Notes under the pieces: generated by a model
What the model was told of the DNA's origin: nothing
Database searches by the model: none
The model's input: the letters and a program-made list of their open reading frames with translations, nothing else
Position numbers and translations under genes: made by a program
From: the human T2T-CHM13v2.0 reference genome, Homo sapiens
Strand: one strand, 5' to 3'
DNA length: 64,000 nt
Assembly (NCBI RefSeq): GCF_009914755.1
Contig: NC_060930.1
Shown: piece after piece, positions 35,584-51,442 of the stretch
How the letters are laid out: the number at the start of each line of letters is the position of its first letter
Numbering within the stretch: position 1 is the stretch's first letter

Positions 35584-35824
35584 CAGGGCCAGCGTCTCCC
35601 TCAGGCACATGAGGGCCCACGATACTTTTAGGAACCCACGAAAATGTTTTAATTTCTCTTAAAAATCAGAAGGAAACAAATAAACTCTTAGGTATAAGAA
35701 AATGTTTCAATATACACGATTGATATATCCACCTTTATACAAATGCAGTAACAAAACTTACGTGTTTAAATTTTTTAATGGAAAAAAGATCCCACAAAGG
35801 CAATGAAAGTCATGATGTGGCCTG
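35584..35824. mobile_element. MER96B-like hAT MITE
   Basis: CAGGGCC…GGGCCCACGATACTTTTAGG…CCCACGAAAATGTTTTAATTTC…GGCCTG. Confidence 0.65.
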
Positions 35825-38671
35825 ATCCCAGGTTGCAAAAAACTAAAACATTTGTGAACGGCGTTCATTAGAAACACAAGAATGCTAATGTAGCATGTCA
35901 GGTTTAACCATAAAATGTTGAATACGATGTCCAGTGACTTGAGTTTAAAATGCTGGAGGAGGAATAACCAGAGAGTAACACAGTTTCCGCTGTCACACCC
36001 ACACCCACAGCAAGACGAACTACAGAATTTCTGTTTTTCTTTTTAAAGCAGGGAAAGAAGTAAAAATGACAACAAAATATAATTATAGTAATAATTCTAG
36101 GAAAATATAAAAATTAAATATAGAATAATGAGGAAATGGTTAATGCTGTAGAGTAGGTTCAAAGTGGAGGTAAGAAGTAGGTGATAATCTGAATTGTTTG
36201 GTTGTGTCTCTTGTATAAGGTATTTGTTCAAAAGAATCAGCCATGCTAAAACTATAATTGCAGTACTCATTAAGACAACTTAATTAGAATCAATCTTTAA
36301 GTGCTCAAGCAAAGGTTGTTTCAAAGGTGAATTTGATAAACTGAGCATCAGAGTCCTCATTTTTGGGCGTCAGCCTCCATGTTGAAATCCCTTTCACTTT
36401 AACACCAATAATCAGAGTTCACGAGGCCCCTCTCCATGTTCTCACCTCTTCGTTTGCTCCAGAGCCTCTGAGGCTCCACTCTCCACTCTAGCTGCTGGGG
36501 AGAGAAGGTGAAGGTGACTGAGCTCCATCCTCAATGTGTTCTCTAGATGGGGACGGGCAGGTCCCAGGGTCATTGGGATACAGTGTGAGGAGGACCCGAG
36601 GGGTGCGGGGTTCAGGGAGCTCTTGGGGGCTTTAGCCTGGGGATGGAGCAGGGTGAGCCAAGGAAGGTTTGCAGAAGGAATGATGAGTCGGAGGAAGCAG
36701 GACTGACCTAAGGGAGGGCCTTCTGCTTGATGTCGGCCATGAGGAGCAGGAGAGAAGGGGCGGGAGGGGCTGCGCCTGATGGCCATGAAACTTGGGGGCC
36801 CATGCTCTGAGAGGGACCTGTGCTCCTTAGGAAAACATGGAGCCCACAGGACTCCACGCGCAGAGACAGGAGGGCCCCACCCGAGACTCCCTTCAGGAGC
36901 AGCACCTGGGTGGAATGGACGAGATGACTCTGTCCTGGTCCCTTGTCACCCATCCCCACAGCATCCCTGAGCCAAGCAGGGGATGAAGTGTCACCCACTT
37001 AGGGAAAAGGAAGTGGGGGACAGCTGAGGGTTTCTTCCAAGGTGGCAGTAGACAGTGGCTCAGATGGGTGTGACTCACCCCATCTTCCAGCCCTTTATAC
37101 TCTGTCATTGTTTCATGATTGTCTTAATGCTACCTTTTTGAACAAGTAAATGTGCTTGTTTACAATTTGTGCATAAATGTGCCTGCAAATAGGTAAATAC
37201 GGACCCCCTCCTCAAAATTAATGTAATAAATATAATCAGATTGTACATCTAATAAGAAGCCTTTAGGAGATTGTTAAGAACTAAAAGTAAATTCTGGCTT
37301 TTTGCAAATCAGTATGAAGTGTTGTTTTAATAAGCTTGTACTGATTTCCAATATCACAGAATGTATATTCCACGAAGGGCTTCCCGCCGAATGCGCACAC
37401 TGAATTAATCCTATTTGGATGACAGATTTTACACCCATCACTATTGGAGAGTGCACTGCAGATGATATTTAATGAAAACTTCCAGTCAGGCAGGTGATCT
37501 GATGCCTGAGCATGGCTTCCTGATAAAATTGCATGTTTCTTTCTTCCCCGATCTCCCACAGATAATGAGAAGTGCATTTTTTGAGTACAGCTGTGTATCG
37601 TTTTGTTTGCTTCAGCGACAATTCTTAGTATAAGCTGATTCAAAACAATCAAAGCAATAGGCAAGTCCATTCTTTCAGCCAAATGCAAAGTAGCTTTTTA
37701 ATAATGGATTTGTTTTGCCAGTTGTGCCTGACAAACAGCCTTGCATTGCTTTAGCATTCATCTGAAAAGAAAAGGCCTCCATCCACTGTAATTGCAGAAT
37801 TCTTTTTTTTTCCTTCAAAGCCAGATAGCACATGCTTCTTGAGTCACTTTAAATAGCATTACCAAATATTGAGGGCTACAATGACGCATGCACAATTTTA
37901 AGGTTAAAATAATCCCTGGCCCTAAAATATGGTATTGTATTTCATAAAAACATGAGTACATAATGGAAAAAAATTAACTATGCATCTTCTGATAAGATTT
38001 TCAAGAAATTATATCTTTCCAAAATCATGTTGGGGGCATCTACATTTCAGTATAAAAATTAGGTGAATTGGCATTTTGTATTTCTAGGTGGCCTGCAAAA
38101 CAACAAAAGAAGTAAGTAACTGGTTATCATTTTTATATTGGGATTTAAGAAATCTCGAGTTTCAAGAGGCGACGTGCTCCCCGGGCTGCGAGAGGCCACG
38201 ATAACTGCACTATTGGAGCCCTGACTCAGACACCCTTTGGGTGTCCTTGTAGTGACTAGAATTGTCTCCCTCTTGTCCCAGCGAGGACAGGGGTGTCGGT
38301 GACCAGAGGGGAGCAGTCCAGGCTGAGCTTCTATAATTCTGGAGGAATGAGCCGTGCCTGGGGTGGGCCACACGGGGAAGAGGGGCTCAGCACTTTGTGA
38401 ATCAGCTGGTCCAACGGCACTTGCTCTGCAGAGACCTCCTGGGTCCATCACAAGGCAGAAATGGCCCCTGTGATGATCAAGGAGGGTGCAGCCTTGCTGG
38501 GGGCACTGAAAATCGTTCTTTTGTGAGCCTCCTGTTCTCCGACGTGTGCTGCTCTAACCAAGTTTCCTAAATAGAGGAGAGAATGTCTTTTCCTTTGCAA
38601 TTTCTAGATGACTTGGGTAGTCCTAAAGTTTTGGTGGCTCTCCAAGATCATTTAGGGCAGCTAATATGTTA

Positions 38672-38933
38672 TTAGTTTTTGTCTGTTTTAGCAAAAATCT
38701 GCAATTGGCATTTCCCATGTGATGCTGCGTGTTGAGGGCTCATCTGCTTCTCGTCCAGGACGACATTTCCAGCTTCATCTTTGATCTTAACCCTCCCGGA
38801 GGCATACTTGGTTTCCTGACAGCCGCTGCAATACACAGTCTTGACGGTGCCATCCGGGTACTCCCTCCTCTTGAACCGGGCTGTGTGGATTTCTTTCTGC
38901 CCGTTGCTGAGCACAATGGTTTTGTCGCCGTTC
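38672..38933 (-). CDS. TCP10: TCP10 long-form terminal exon, TCP/G-box domain ([34 protein letters not shown]…)
   Basis: Acceptor TCTCCTCTCAG|G; open to TAA; strongly resembles the CENPJ C-terminus (…[19 protein letters not shown], recalled). Confidence 0.8.
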
Positions 38934-39931
38934 CTGAGAGGAGAAACACATGGTAAGGCGGCCTGTGCCAGGGTGGAGGCCAGTGGGGGTTGGGGGAGCA
39001 CAGAATAATGCCCCCACCCGGGTCTGGAGCCCTCCTTCCAAATCTCGTTAGATGAGGGTGCAGAAGGCCACGGGCAGGGGCAGGAAAGGTGCACGGGGGG
39101 CTCAGGGAATCGGCAGAAACTCGGTGTGGGTGAGAGAGGGCAGGTGGGGAGGGCCAGGAGGGAGGGCGGGAGGTCAGCCGCATCTGCTCACCTGCAGGCT
39201 GAAGCCTGTGCTGACAGCTCGCTCTGATGGTGAGAGGGATGGCAGGGTTGACACAGGGAGTGACAGAAACACACATTGAATCATTTCAGAAAAGTGGCCC
39301 CGGAGGTGACAGGGAAGGTTCTGACTGCTGTGAGGAAGCTGGGGGAGTCTATTGTAATTGCCCAGGGGAGAAATGGTGAGAGCGGGAGACCTCAGATCTC
39401 AGAGAAAGGGTGGAGGCGAGACAGCGAGGAGACACAGCCCACAGCGCTCCGTGTTCACTTTGATATCAGGAAAGAAAGGGAAGGTGTAAAACAACTTCCC
39501 ACACTCTCCCTCGGGCAGCTGAGTGGATCTTTACTTTCTGCACAAACTAGCATTGAAATAGCAGCTCTGATGAGCTCTTCCTTGGTGTGCCTTAAACATT
39601 TGCTTGCACATGTTCTGCAATAGACTCGGGCTTCTAGACCACATGGTCTGAGGTGAGCACTGAAGACTGGAGTGATTTTTACGGTTATAATTCAAACGAA
39701 GCTAATGTTGGTGAAGTAAATACCTAAAAGCCCATTTGAAACCCACAGTCTGTAGAAAGGGATTCAAATCAAGGCCATAAGACAAAACTTCTAGAGTCAA
39801 TGACATTATTTTCTTTTTTTTTATACAAGCACTTAAATGTTTGCAAAAATCTAAATTAATATAAAGAAATTATTAAATACACAAACAAAAACTGGGGATG
39901 TTTTGAATTCGCATTGTCTGACATTACTGAC

Positions 39932-40049
39932 CTTTCCACCCTTACGATTGTCCCATCAGGAAATAAGGTCTCTTCCTGTCCATCCTTGAGATGTTCCACC
40001 GTCCCGTCGGGAAACACGATTTCTTTGGAGCCATTGGGGTAGAATTTTT
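39932..40049 (-). CDS. TCP10: TCP10 long-form exon ([17 protein letters not shown]…[11 protein letters not shown])
   Basis: TTCTGCAG| acceptor, AG|GTCAGT donor; 118 nt, phase 1 to 2; (F/Y)P(D/N)G repeats. Confidence 0.8.
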
Positions 40050-40123
40050 CTGCAGAATGCAGTTTTTCAGTATATGTTACATTGAATCTGTTTAGAAACA
40101 TGTTCTATGCAAATAATCTATAA

Positions 40124-40460
<337 letters not shown>

Positions 40461-40492
40461 AGAGAGTATTTTCTAATCATCTGGCTTTATAA

Positions 40493-41005
<513 letters not shown>

Positions 41006-41221
41006 ACTTATAATAAAAGTTTAAGGACTTCAATATTGTATGAAAATACTCAAGAAGAAAAACTGTGTGAACATCTGAGAGCACATTTGCTGTGTTTCAC
41101 TGTTTCAACCCGGTTGTAAACAACATACACACCTATCATTGCAAATTCAGTAAATTTATATTTCTAAACCAGGACACTTGTGTCACTTAGCTGCTTAAAC
41201 CTACTTTGTGGTGATCTGCTC

Positions 41222-41564
41222 CACTATGGGCTGAATGCTGTGTCCTCCCCAAATTCGTATGTTGAAACCTAATCCCCAAAGCAATGGTGTTGGGAGATGA
41301 GGCCTTTGGGCTGTGACGTGGTCATGAGGGTGGGGCCCCGTGAATGGGATCAGCACATTTACTAAAGGGACCCCAGAGAGCTGTCTCGCCCGTTCCACCA
41401 TGTGAGGCTGCAATGAGAAGATGCCGTCTGTGAACCAGGCAGCAGCCCTCACCAGACAGTGAAGCTGCCGGCACCTTCGTTATGGACTTCCAGCCCCAAC
41501 ACCGTTGTTGACAAGCCAGCCAGTCTATGGCACTTTGCTGTGGCAGCCTGAACAGGATAAGGCA
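41222..41564 (+). mobile_element. MaLR LTR (MLT1A-like)
   Basis: CTATGGGCTGAATG…AAATTCGTATGTTGAAACCTAATCCCC…GGACTTCCAGCC…GCAGCCTGAAC. Confidence 0.8.
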
Positions 41565-42152
41565 CACTCCATAAAGAACCGGTATTCAACATGCATTTTT
41601 GTACCTGCTCTTATCATTTTTTTATTTACACTTGAATATCTTGCTCTGGGCAGAATGATCTCGGTCTCATTAAAGCACAAAATTTAGATTCTCCCAACTT
41701 TGCTCAAGTGATCTCCCTGGCTGAAAGTTTCCTTTCCCACCCATACGCTGTCTGACTCCCTGAGTCCCTATGTTTGAGGTCAAATCTCCATTATGAACCC
41801 CACAGTCGGTGCCCTCTGCTTCTGAATGCTTTTGACTCTTGCTATGGTAAACATTCAACTTGACATTTTCATATTGATTTGCAGTTTTCAGCTGGATAAT
41901 AAATTGTAGGAAAGAGCCATAATTCACCCTCTATGGTATCCTCCAGGGATGAATAACAGTGATTTTCACCTTGTACTGGTGACAGAACCCTTGGACGCTG
42001 AGGAACTCACTGTGGAGCCTGCTGAAATACTGCTGCACTGCTTCTATTTCATTACAGGAACAGGAAGGTGATTACAGCGCCTGCATGTGGGGTGCATTCA
42101 CAGCTGCTTGATGTGTTTGTGAAAAAAAGAAAAGCTGCCAAGTTAAACTTAA

Positions 42153-42521
<369 letters not shown>

Positions 42522-42549
42522 TAGCAGTTTCTGGCAGATAAGGGGCAGC

Positions 42550-42970
42550 ACACACACACACACACATATACGTGTGTGTGTGTCTGTCTCTGTGTGTGTG
42601 TGTGTGTGTGTGTGTGTATTTAGAGACAAGGCCTCTCTCTGTCACCCAGGCTGGAGTGCAATGGTGTGATCATGGCTCACTGCAGCCTCAGACTCAGAGC
42701 TCAAGTGATCCTCCTGCCTCAGCCTCCCGAGTAGCTAGGACTATAAGAGCATGCCATGATGCCCAGCTAATATTTTATTTTTTGAAGGAATAGGGTCTTG
42801 GTATGTTTCCCAGGTGGTCTCTAACTCCTGGCCTCAAGAGACCCTCCCGCTGTGGCCTCCCAAAGCACCAGTATGTTTCCCAGGTGGTCTCTAACTCCTG
42901 GCCTCAAGAGACCCTCCCACTGTGGCCTCCCAAAGCACCAGGATAACTAGTGTGAGCACCATGCCCAGCC
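42550..42970 (-). mobile_element. AluJ with (CA)n/(TG)n tail and an internal 70-bp tandem duplication
   Basis: CTCAAGTGATCCTCCTGCC (J-type); 42801-42870 is repeated at 42871-42940. Confidence 0.85.
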
Positions 42971-44871
42971 CACAAACTGTATTTAAGCAAAATGAATACA
43001 GTGAAGAATCTGACAACTGAGGAAAAATTCTACCCCTTAAAATAATTTTTAGCACAAAATGGTAAAAGATTGTTTTCCGGTTGTATATTAATGGAACACC
43101 CTGCAGAAACTGGGGGCTCTTCTTTGGGTCAACAGCTGAGAGCAACTGAATTCTGCCTGGTACATATCAATGCCTGACTCTTGGCTGATTTGTATGAATG
43201 TATAAGAACCATGCATGAGACACACAATTGCACCTGTAAAATGGAAGGAGTGGGAAACAATGGGAATTCTGTTTCACTCTGTTCTTGAAATATCAGCCAT
43301 AGGCAGAACTGTTGAATGTCTGATAAATATATCCAAGAACAGTAACAGAACTTAGAATTCCTGCTGGAAAATTAACTGATCAGAGACCTTCTACATGGAC
43401 CAGCTGAGAGTCAAAGTTTTAGGTCTTTTAAACAAAAATAAAATACAGACCTATAAATACTTTTCTTTTTCAGAAGACTGGCGTTAATATTAATCAATCG
43501 CTCAGCATGGCCTTTGCAAACTAGCAAGTGTAATTTTTCTTTGTCGAATGTTTGCTGGAGGTCACTCAAGAAAACAAATGCTCTAGTGCCCACTTTGCTG
43601 CTATGTGCCCAGTCAGAGCCTAAATGACAGCTTGTGAAGGCAAAAATTCTAACAAGACACACAGCTGCACTGGCTGAAATATTAGGACAAAAAGAAAAAG
43701 GGTGGGAGCCAGGAATTCACAGGACAATGTGAGTCTCAGCAGCTTCAAGGGCCCATCTGGAGGTCCGTTGTGTCACGGAGGAGCAGATGCCCCACAGCGG
43801 CCTTGATTCTGCCCTGGCAATGGGGCAGATCAGACATCCCAGCCACACATCCACTACAAATACCGAGGAATGCTCAAGCAAATCACAAAATCCCTGGGAA
43901 ATGAGCACCCAAGTTCATGGAAGGGGCTACAAATCCCAGAGGGTGCTGGAACGCAGACTCGAACCTGACCTGCAGCTGCCCTGGTGACCTCTGCAGTCTC
44001 CAGGAGGTTTGACCCTTAGTCGCTCTGCTGGGATAGGATGAAGGGCTTTGTCTGGGAATTGGAACTGCATCCATGCTTAAAGAGGACACTCTCTGAAGGT
44101 TAGAGCCCCAAGGAAAGAGGGAACTAGAAAATATCTCCCTGCCGGCAGATGGAGAGCACAAAGGAGTGTTGCTGTCTCTCTCTGAGCTCTTTCCAAAGAA
44201 TGTGTCACTACAGGGTGACCCTCATTTACCCTTAGCAATTGCAGTTCTGCTACCTGTACCTGGGACACCTTAAACTAAGAAGCTAACGTGAAGTGATCCC
44301 AGGCTGGTCGTGCCCCGGGACACCTGGCAGAAGCAAACACAAAGCTTTCTGGATACTATCTCCCAGACTGGGCCCCATAGGATCGCCACCAACACAAGCT
44401 GCCAGCACAAATATGAAATAGGTGAGGAAGCGCAACACCATGAGGAAATGCCAGAAGTATTGGAAGCAGAGACAAGCTAGCAGCAGCCAGTGTCACGCGG
44501 AGCTCCGAGACAGCAAGCGTGGTGCTACCAGAAACTGATGACAAGGCAAATGTTTGTAGAATATTTTAAAAATTAAAGTCGGAAATTAAAAATGAAAGAG
44601 AGAAAAAATTCTTGGTGGATTTGAAAAAGAACAAATAAAATCAATATAGTCTTCAAAATTAAAGCTAAAATGATGTATTAAATAGCACATAATACTCAGC
44701 TGAAGAGAAAACTGAGGAAATAGATAAATAATTTACCCAGATGATAACAAGAAAATATAATATGTGAAAATGGAAAGACGCTAGAATGAGGTGGTGTCAT
44801 GCAGCTATAATCGGATGTGGAGGAAAGGTAAGATAGATAAAGATAATAGCTGTGAATTTCCCTGAACTTGA

Positions 44872-45053
44872 TAGGGTTCCCAGATAAAATATAGGACACC
44901 CAGTTAAATCTGAATTTTCACATACACTACAAATGACTTTTTAGTGTAAGTATGTCCCACATACTGCATTGTACAAAAAATCATTTATTATTTACCTGAA
45001 ATTCAAATTCAACTGGGCATCCTGCATTTTTATTTGCTAAATCTGGCAACCAT
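44872..45053. mobile_element. MER33/MER3-like MITE
   Basis: TAGGGTTCCCAGATAAAATATAGGACACCCAGTTAAAT…CTAAATCTGGCAACCATA. Confidence 0.7.
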
Positions 45054-45095
45054 AGCTTATGAAAGACACAGTGATTATATTTAAGATGCACAACG

Positions 45096-45471
<376 letters not shown>

Positions 45472-45589
45472 TTAAAAGCAGCAAGTAAAAAAAAAAATCA
45501 CGTTCGAAGGAAGAAATTAGTCCACCATCAGATCCTCCAGCAGACACCGTGTGGGAGTGGAATAAAGTCCTCAACACGCTCAGAAAAAT

Positions 45590-46080
45590 CACTGTCATTC
45601 CATTGCTCAATACTCTCCAGTGGCTTCTCCACAATGGTCTACACTGCCTGGTCCTGGCACTTTGACCTCATCTCCTGTACCCCTGCCACACCGGCCTCCT
45701 TGCTCTTCCTCAGACACACCACACACTTTTCACGGCTCTTTCTCACTCTAGAATGTTCTTCCTGACACGCACACAGCTCCCTCTCTCACGTCACTCATGG
45801 CTCCCTAAAATATCCCCCCTCAGTGAGGCCCTCCTCAACGGCCTACAGATGGCCCCCTAGGGCAGCAGCCCAGCACCTTCCCTCCCTGCTTTCTACCCTC
45901 TTGTTTTTCTCTGTAGCTTTTCATAGAGACTGATTTTTATATTGATATTTATTTTTACCTGATTATTTTATGCTTCCCTCCAATAAAATGTCATGAAATA
46001 AGAACTTTTCACAAATTTGCTCACTGCTGGATCCCTAGCCCTAAAACAATGCCTGCCACAGGGTGGCCATGTAATAGCTA
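45590..46080 (+). mobile_element. L2 3' fragment
   Basis: CTCTCCAGTGGCTTCTCC…GGCCTCCTTGCTCTTCCTC…TCACTGCTGGATCCCTAGCCCTAAAACAATGCCTG. Confidence 0.6.
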
Positions 46081-46670
46081 TGGGATGAGGGGTCAGAAGG
46101 TGCATCAGGACGAACGACCACTCATGAACAAGGCAAAACAAAGGACATTTTCAGATGAGCCAAAAGGGCTGATTGCCCCCGTCTCCTCATGCTCGTCAAG
46201 TAGAAGGAAATTGTGCCAAGAAGAAAGGCCCAAAATATAAGAAAGAAGAGCCCCAAATTCTGCATAAATTTAGAAAGTTTAAAGTAAACACTGGTTACAT
46301 AAACACCACGGTAATAATCATAACTAATACTGAGGGTGAAAATCAAGTTAGAGTAAAAATCCTGGCAGAAGCCAACACAATGGCGTGAAAGATTGGGGAG
46401 GGGAATTCGGACTAAAAGACTCTTGATTTGGTTGTAGAGGACAGTAAGGACACTGATACATTTTCTGTTTATGCAATAAAACCTCAGGTTAAAAGGAAAG
46501 TTATTTTCAGATTATATATTTTTCTTAATGTCTGTTTCTTATAAGATCGTATTTAAAGGTAAAGATTTAAAAATAGCAAAAGAAAGAATAGAAACAGATA
46601 TACCAGGCATATATTAACTAACTAAAAGAAATTACAAATAAATATTAGTAAATTCATAACCAAACTAGGG

Positions 46671-46995
<325 letters not shown>

Positions 46996-47021
46996 TAACA
47001 CAGTTCTCTCATTATCTAGTG

Positions 47022-47830
<809 letters not shown>

Positions 47831-48249
47831 GGCATTTTAGAGTCCAGGCGAGACTTTGGAAAAGAATGTGGTGGCTTTTAGGACAATGAGCTGACCGGGC
47901 TGTGCGAATAAGTAACACCCATTTATCTTGGTTGTTGCTCGAGCCATGTAGCCAGGCCCACCTGAAAAGCTGAAACACAAGCCCCTGACTGAGGTCTGAC
48001 GGCGTTTACAGAGGCATCCAGACCTGGGTGCACTTACACACCCGCATGGAAGCTGCAAGCTCACAGCTCTTGGATAAGAACCAGGAAAACATGCATTAAG
48101 CAGGGTAAGCCCCAAATTATCTGGACAGCTGCTGCTATGGGGAACTTGCCTACAGGGCTCAGGTATCTGCTAACCTGCAAGTCTCCACACCTCTACACAC
48201 TGACATGCAAAGGCACCTACCCACGCAGGTTCCTGGTGATGTCATTCAC

Positions 48250-48334
48250 CTGTCTGCTTGTTAGGAAACTGCACAACTTCCAAACCGTCAGGGTAGGTCG
48301 TGCGCATTGTCTGAGCATTTGCGTGATAGTAAAT
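48250..48334 (-). CDS. TCP10: TCP10 long-form exon (IYYHANAQTMRTTYPDGLEVVQFPNKQT); absent from the ORF track
   Basis: TTACAG| acceptor, G|GTGAAT donor; 85 nt, phase 0 to 1; aligns with CENPJ [28 protein letters not shown] (recalled). Confidence 0.8.
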
Positions 48335-50486
48335 CTGTAAGCTCCAGAAACACCTACGTTGGGAGGCAGTCTATGTTATCATTTTGAACCTGGATTTAAT
48401 CTAGTAAAGTCCTTCCTGCGGGTGGGTAAAAGCACCGTCCCAGCAGGTGGGAGTGGGCTGACCTTGTCCATGGGCACCCTCCACAGCAAGGGGGCATGGG
48501 GGGAGGGCTTGTCACCCAAGCCCAAAAGTCAAGACACTGTGGCTCTAGGCTCGTGGGAGAGAGGACTGGACCGAGGTGGAGTTCCCGGTCCTTCACCTGG
48601 TGGGCTCTGAGCTAGAGTTTGCTGGGCCTGGCAGCCTTGGGGGCCTGCAGGAGGTCCAGGTCCAGCATAGTGAATATCAGTGGGGAGCCCCAAGACCCAA
48701 ACCCCACAGCTCAGAGACCAAGGGTCTCCCAGCAGCTCCAAACAACAGAAACACTCCCTGGGTTGTGCCTCTTGAATTGTCACGTTACTGTGAAGTTTCC
48801 CATCATTGTGACCCCCTCTGGTTTCCAATAAAGTGGGGAAAAGAAGAGGGGAAGGAGCTGCTTTGGAAGAGGACAGTCATCCGGGAGGGGAGGGGACATT
48901 CCTTATGGTCAAGCGAGCCTTGACTATAAGTAGGGAAGGGGGAATTATTAAAAAATTAAGGGTCCAGAACTAGAAAACTGTAGGATGTACAAGTTTCTTT
49001 TGAAGTGGGACCACAGAGGACAGGCATCCACTCTCTCTTGAGCTCTGGGACCCCGGTGTGTCACTGCATGTCTGCCATCTATCATAGCAACAGCATTGCT
49101 GCCCGTCAAAGAAAGGCTGAGAGAAGGCAGGAGAGAATAGGAGAGGTGACTTATTTAGAAAAACCATGACACTGAAGTCGAAGGGACTATTTCCGTGCCA
49201 TTATTTTAAAGGCATTTTTCTCACATGGGGGAAATTTGTCCAAATGTCAGAAGAAAGCCACAAATTCTCAATTCTGCATCATCCCAATAATCATCAAGTC
49301 CAAGCTCAGGCTCCTCGCTGGGGTCAGGGTTCCCTTTGGAGACCAGAGAGGTCTGAGGGGAACAGAGGGGCTCTCAGGAGACCTGGGGAGGTGCACACTC
49401 GCTGGCCTGCAGTGGCCATTCCCTCTGACCACGCAGAAGGTCAGAATAGGAGGATGTCCTTCCAAGGCCTGTGCCAGGCCCTGTTCTCTCCCGCTGATTC
49501 ATCCTCACCGCATCAATTCTTATATTGTCACACTCTGCCTCCCTACACCCCCACATCTGGCTAAGAAACGGCTATTTCCTACTCCAAAGTGACGGAAACC
49601 TAGACCTCACAATGAAAGGCTGGGGCAGGCTATGAGATCAGTATCACAGATTCCTCCACTGGGCAGTGGCGTAACACAGGCCACCGTCTAAAGGGGGTCA
49701 TCCAAATTCTTTGTCTGCATTTCCCTGCAAAAAAGGGAGCATGCAAGTTAGTTCAGGTCGGTGGAAGAGCACGTGGTGGGCACACCACGCCTGTGTCCAC
49801 GCTCGGGGCTTCTAACATCCACCCTCAGGAAGGGTCAAGAGGCTTCGCTGGGATAAAATCACAGAGCCACAAGCAGGCGCCTCTCATTAAAGCAAGTAAC
49901 ACAAAAAACAGAGGCGCGCTCTGCAGTCTTTCAGAACTCCTGGACCCTGTGCCTCTACATTTGTACCCAAAGCTTGGCTAACAACAGGGAAACTGATCAT
50001 TCTAAAGAAGGAAATGTTTAGAATACAATTTGGTAATGTGTGGGTACTAAGAGACTATTCTCAATGCACTACAAACCCTGCCCTGACCTCCCTTATCTCA
50101 CCTTATTTATAATCGGTTTTGGAAATTATCCAAATTTTCTTAAGTTAGAATCGAGTTATATACCCTGAATTATCTGGACAAAAATACTGCCACCCTGGAG
50201 ACCTTGCCTAGAAGACCTCCAGATTGCTCAGCATCTGTGTTTTCCATACATGATCCCTAGACACACAGAGACATGTAGTTTGAACCAGGGGGTCACAGCA
50301 TCCTCACAGCTCCTCAGCATCAAGTGGGCCCCCAGCTACTGTGATCTGTGGCTTTCTTCCACAAACACATCATCGGCTTTTACCAGTGATGATCGTCAAG
50401 GTAACAGCCGCTGTCAGCTGCTGAGTACTTGATGTGTGCCAAGCAATATATGCATGGCATAACTTTGGTCCTTATGACAACCTACA

Positions 50487-50708
50487 GGGGGCTTTCCCAG
50501 CCTCAGAACTATTGTCAGTTTGGGCAGGATAACTCTGTGGGGTTGGGGGGTGTCCTTGGCATTGGGATGTTCAGCAGCATCCCTGGGCCCCACTATCTAG
50601 ATGCCAGCAGCACCCCCACCACCCCCAGTTGTGACAACCAAATATGTCTCCAGACATTGCGAATGTCCTCAAGGCAGGGGGAATAATTGCCCCCAGTTGA
50701 GAACCAGA
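50487..50708. mobile_element. MER20
   Basis: …CAGCAGCATCCCTGG…CTAGATGCCAGCAGCACCCCC…GTGACAACCAAATATGTCTCCAGACATTGC…GTTGAGAACC. Confidence 0.85.
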
Positions 50709-51442
50709 CCTGGGAATATTTCCTGATTTTTTTAATGCAGAAATTGAGGCTTGATGAGATGAATTAATTGGCTGGTGTTGGCACAGCTGGTCTGGCAGAG
50801 CTGCCAGTCAGCCGAGCCCGTGAAGCCCAAGTCCATGCTTTCTGCTCCACCTGCAAGGTGGCTGCCGGGCCCAGTGCCTCCTCCCGGCTGTAAAAATCGT
50901 CTCCCTGGATCTCACCTCCAGCTTGTACCAGGGATTAGCTCCTGACTCTGCCTAACTTTGTTGCAATACTAATGCTAGTTCTACAATCAATGCACATGTA
51001 CTAAGTGTTTACCACTGTGTTTCTAGAGAGTTCTACAGAAGAGACATTATTTAATGGACTATGTTACTTAACTTTCATAACCATCTTTTGACTTAGGTCC
51101 TAATTATCAGCCACATTTTGCAGAGGCTTAGAAAAGCTGAAAACAATGACTGAACTCAGAGCCAGGAGGGGTGCTGGTGCACTCTTGTGTCACCGTGCAG
51201 ATCGGAGGGTCTTGACAACAGGGTCTCACTTGCCTGAGTGCACCGAGGAAGCAGAACAGCCTGGCTCATAGAGAGCCTTGCCCGCCTCCACAGCCTGTGC
51301 TCTGCTCGTCCCCACCAACCCATCCTGAACACCCAGAGGAAAGGGGGTACAGATGTGCAAAATCGTTCCTAATAACTGAGTTAGTTTTGATTTCTTTTAA
51401 AAAAAGACAGATCTTTTTTCAAAAAAGATCCATTGTACACAC

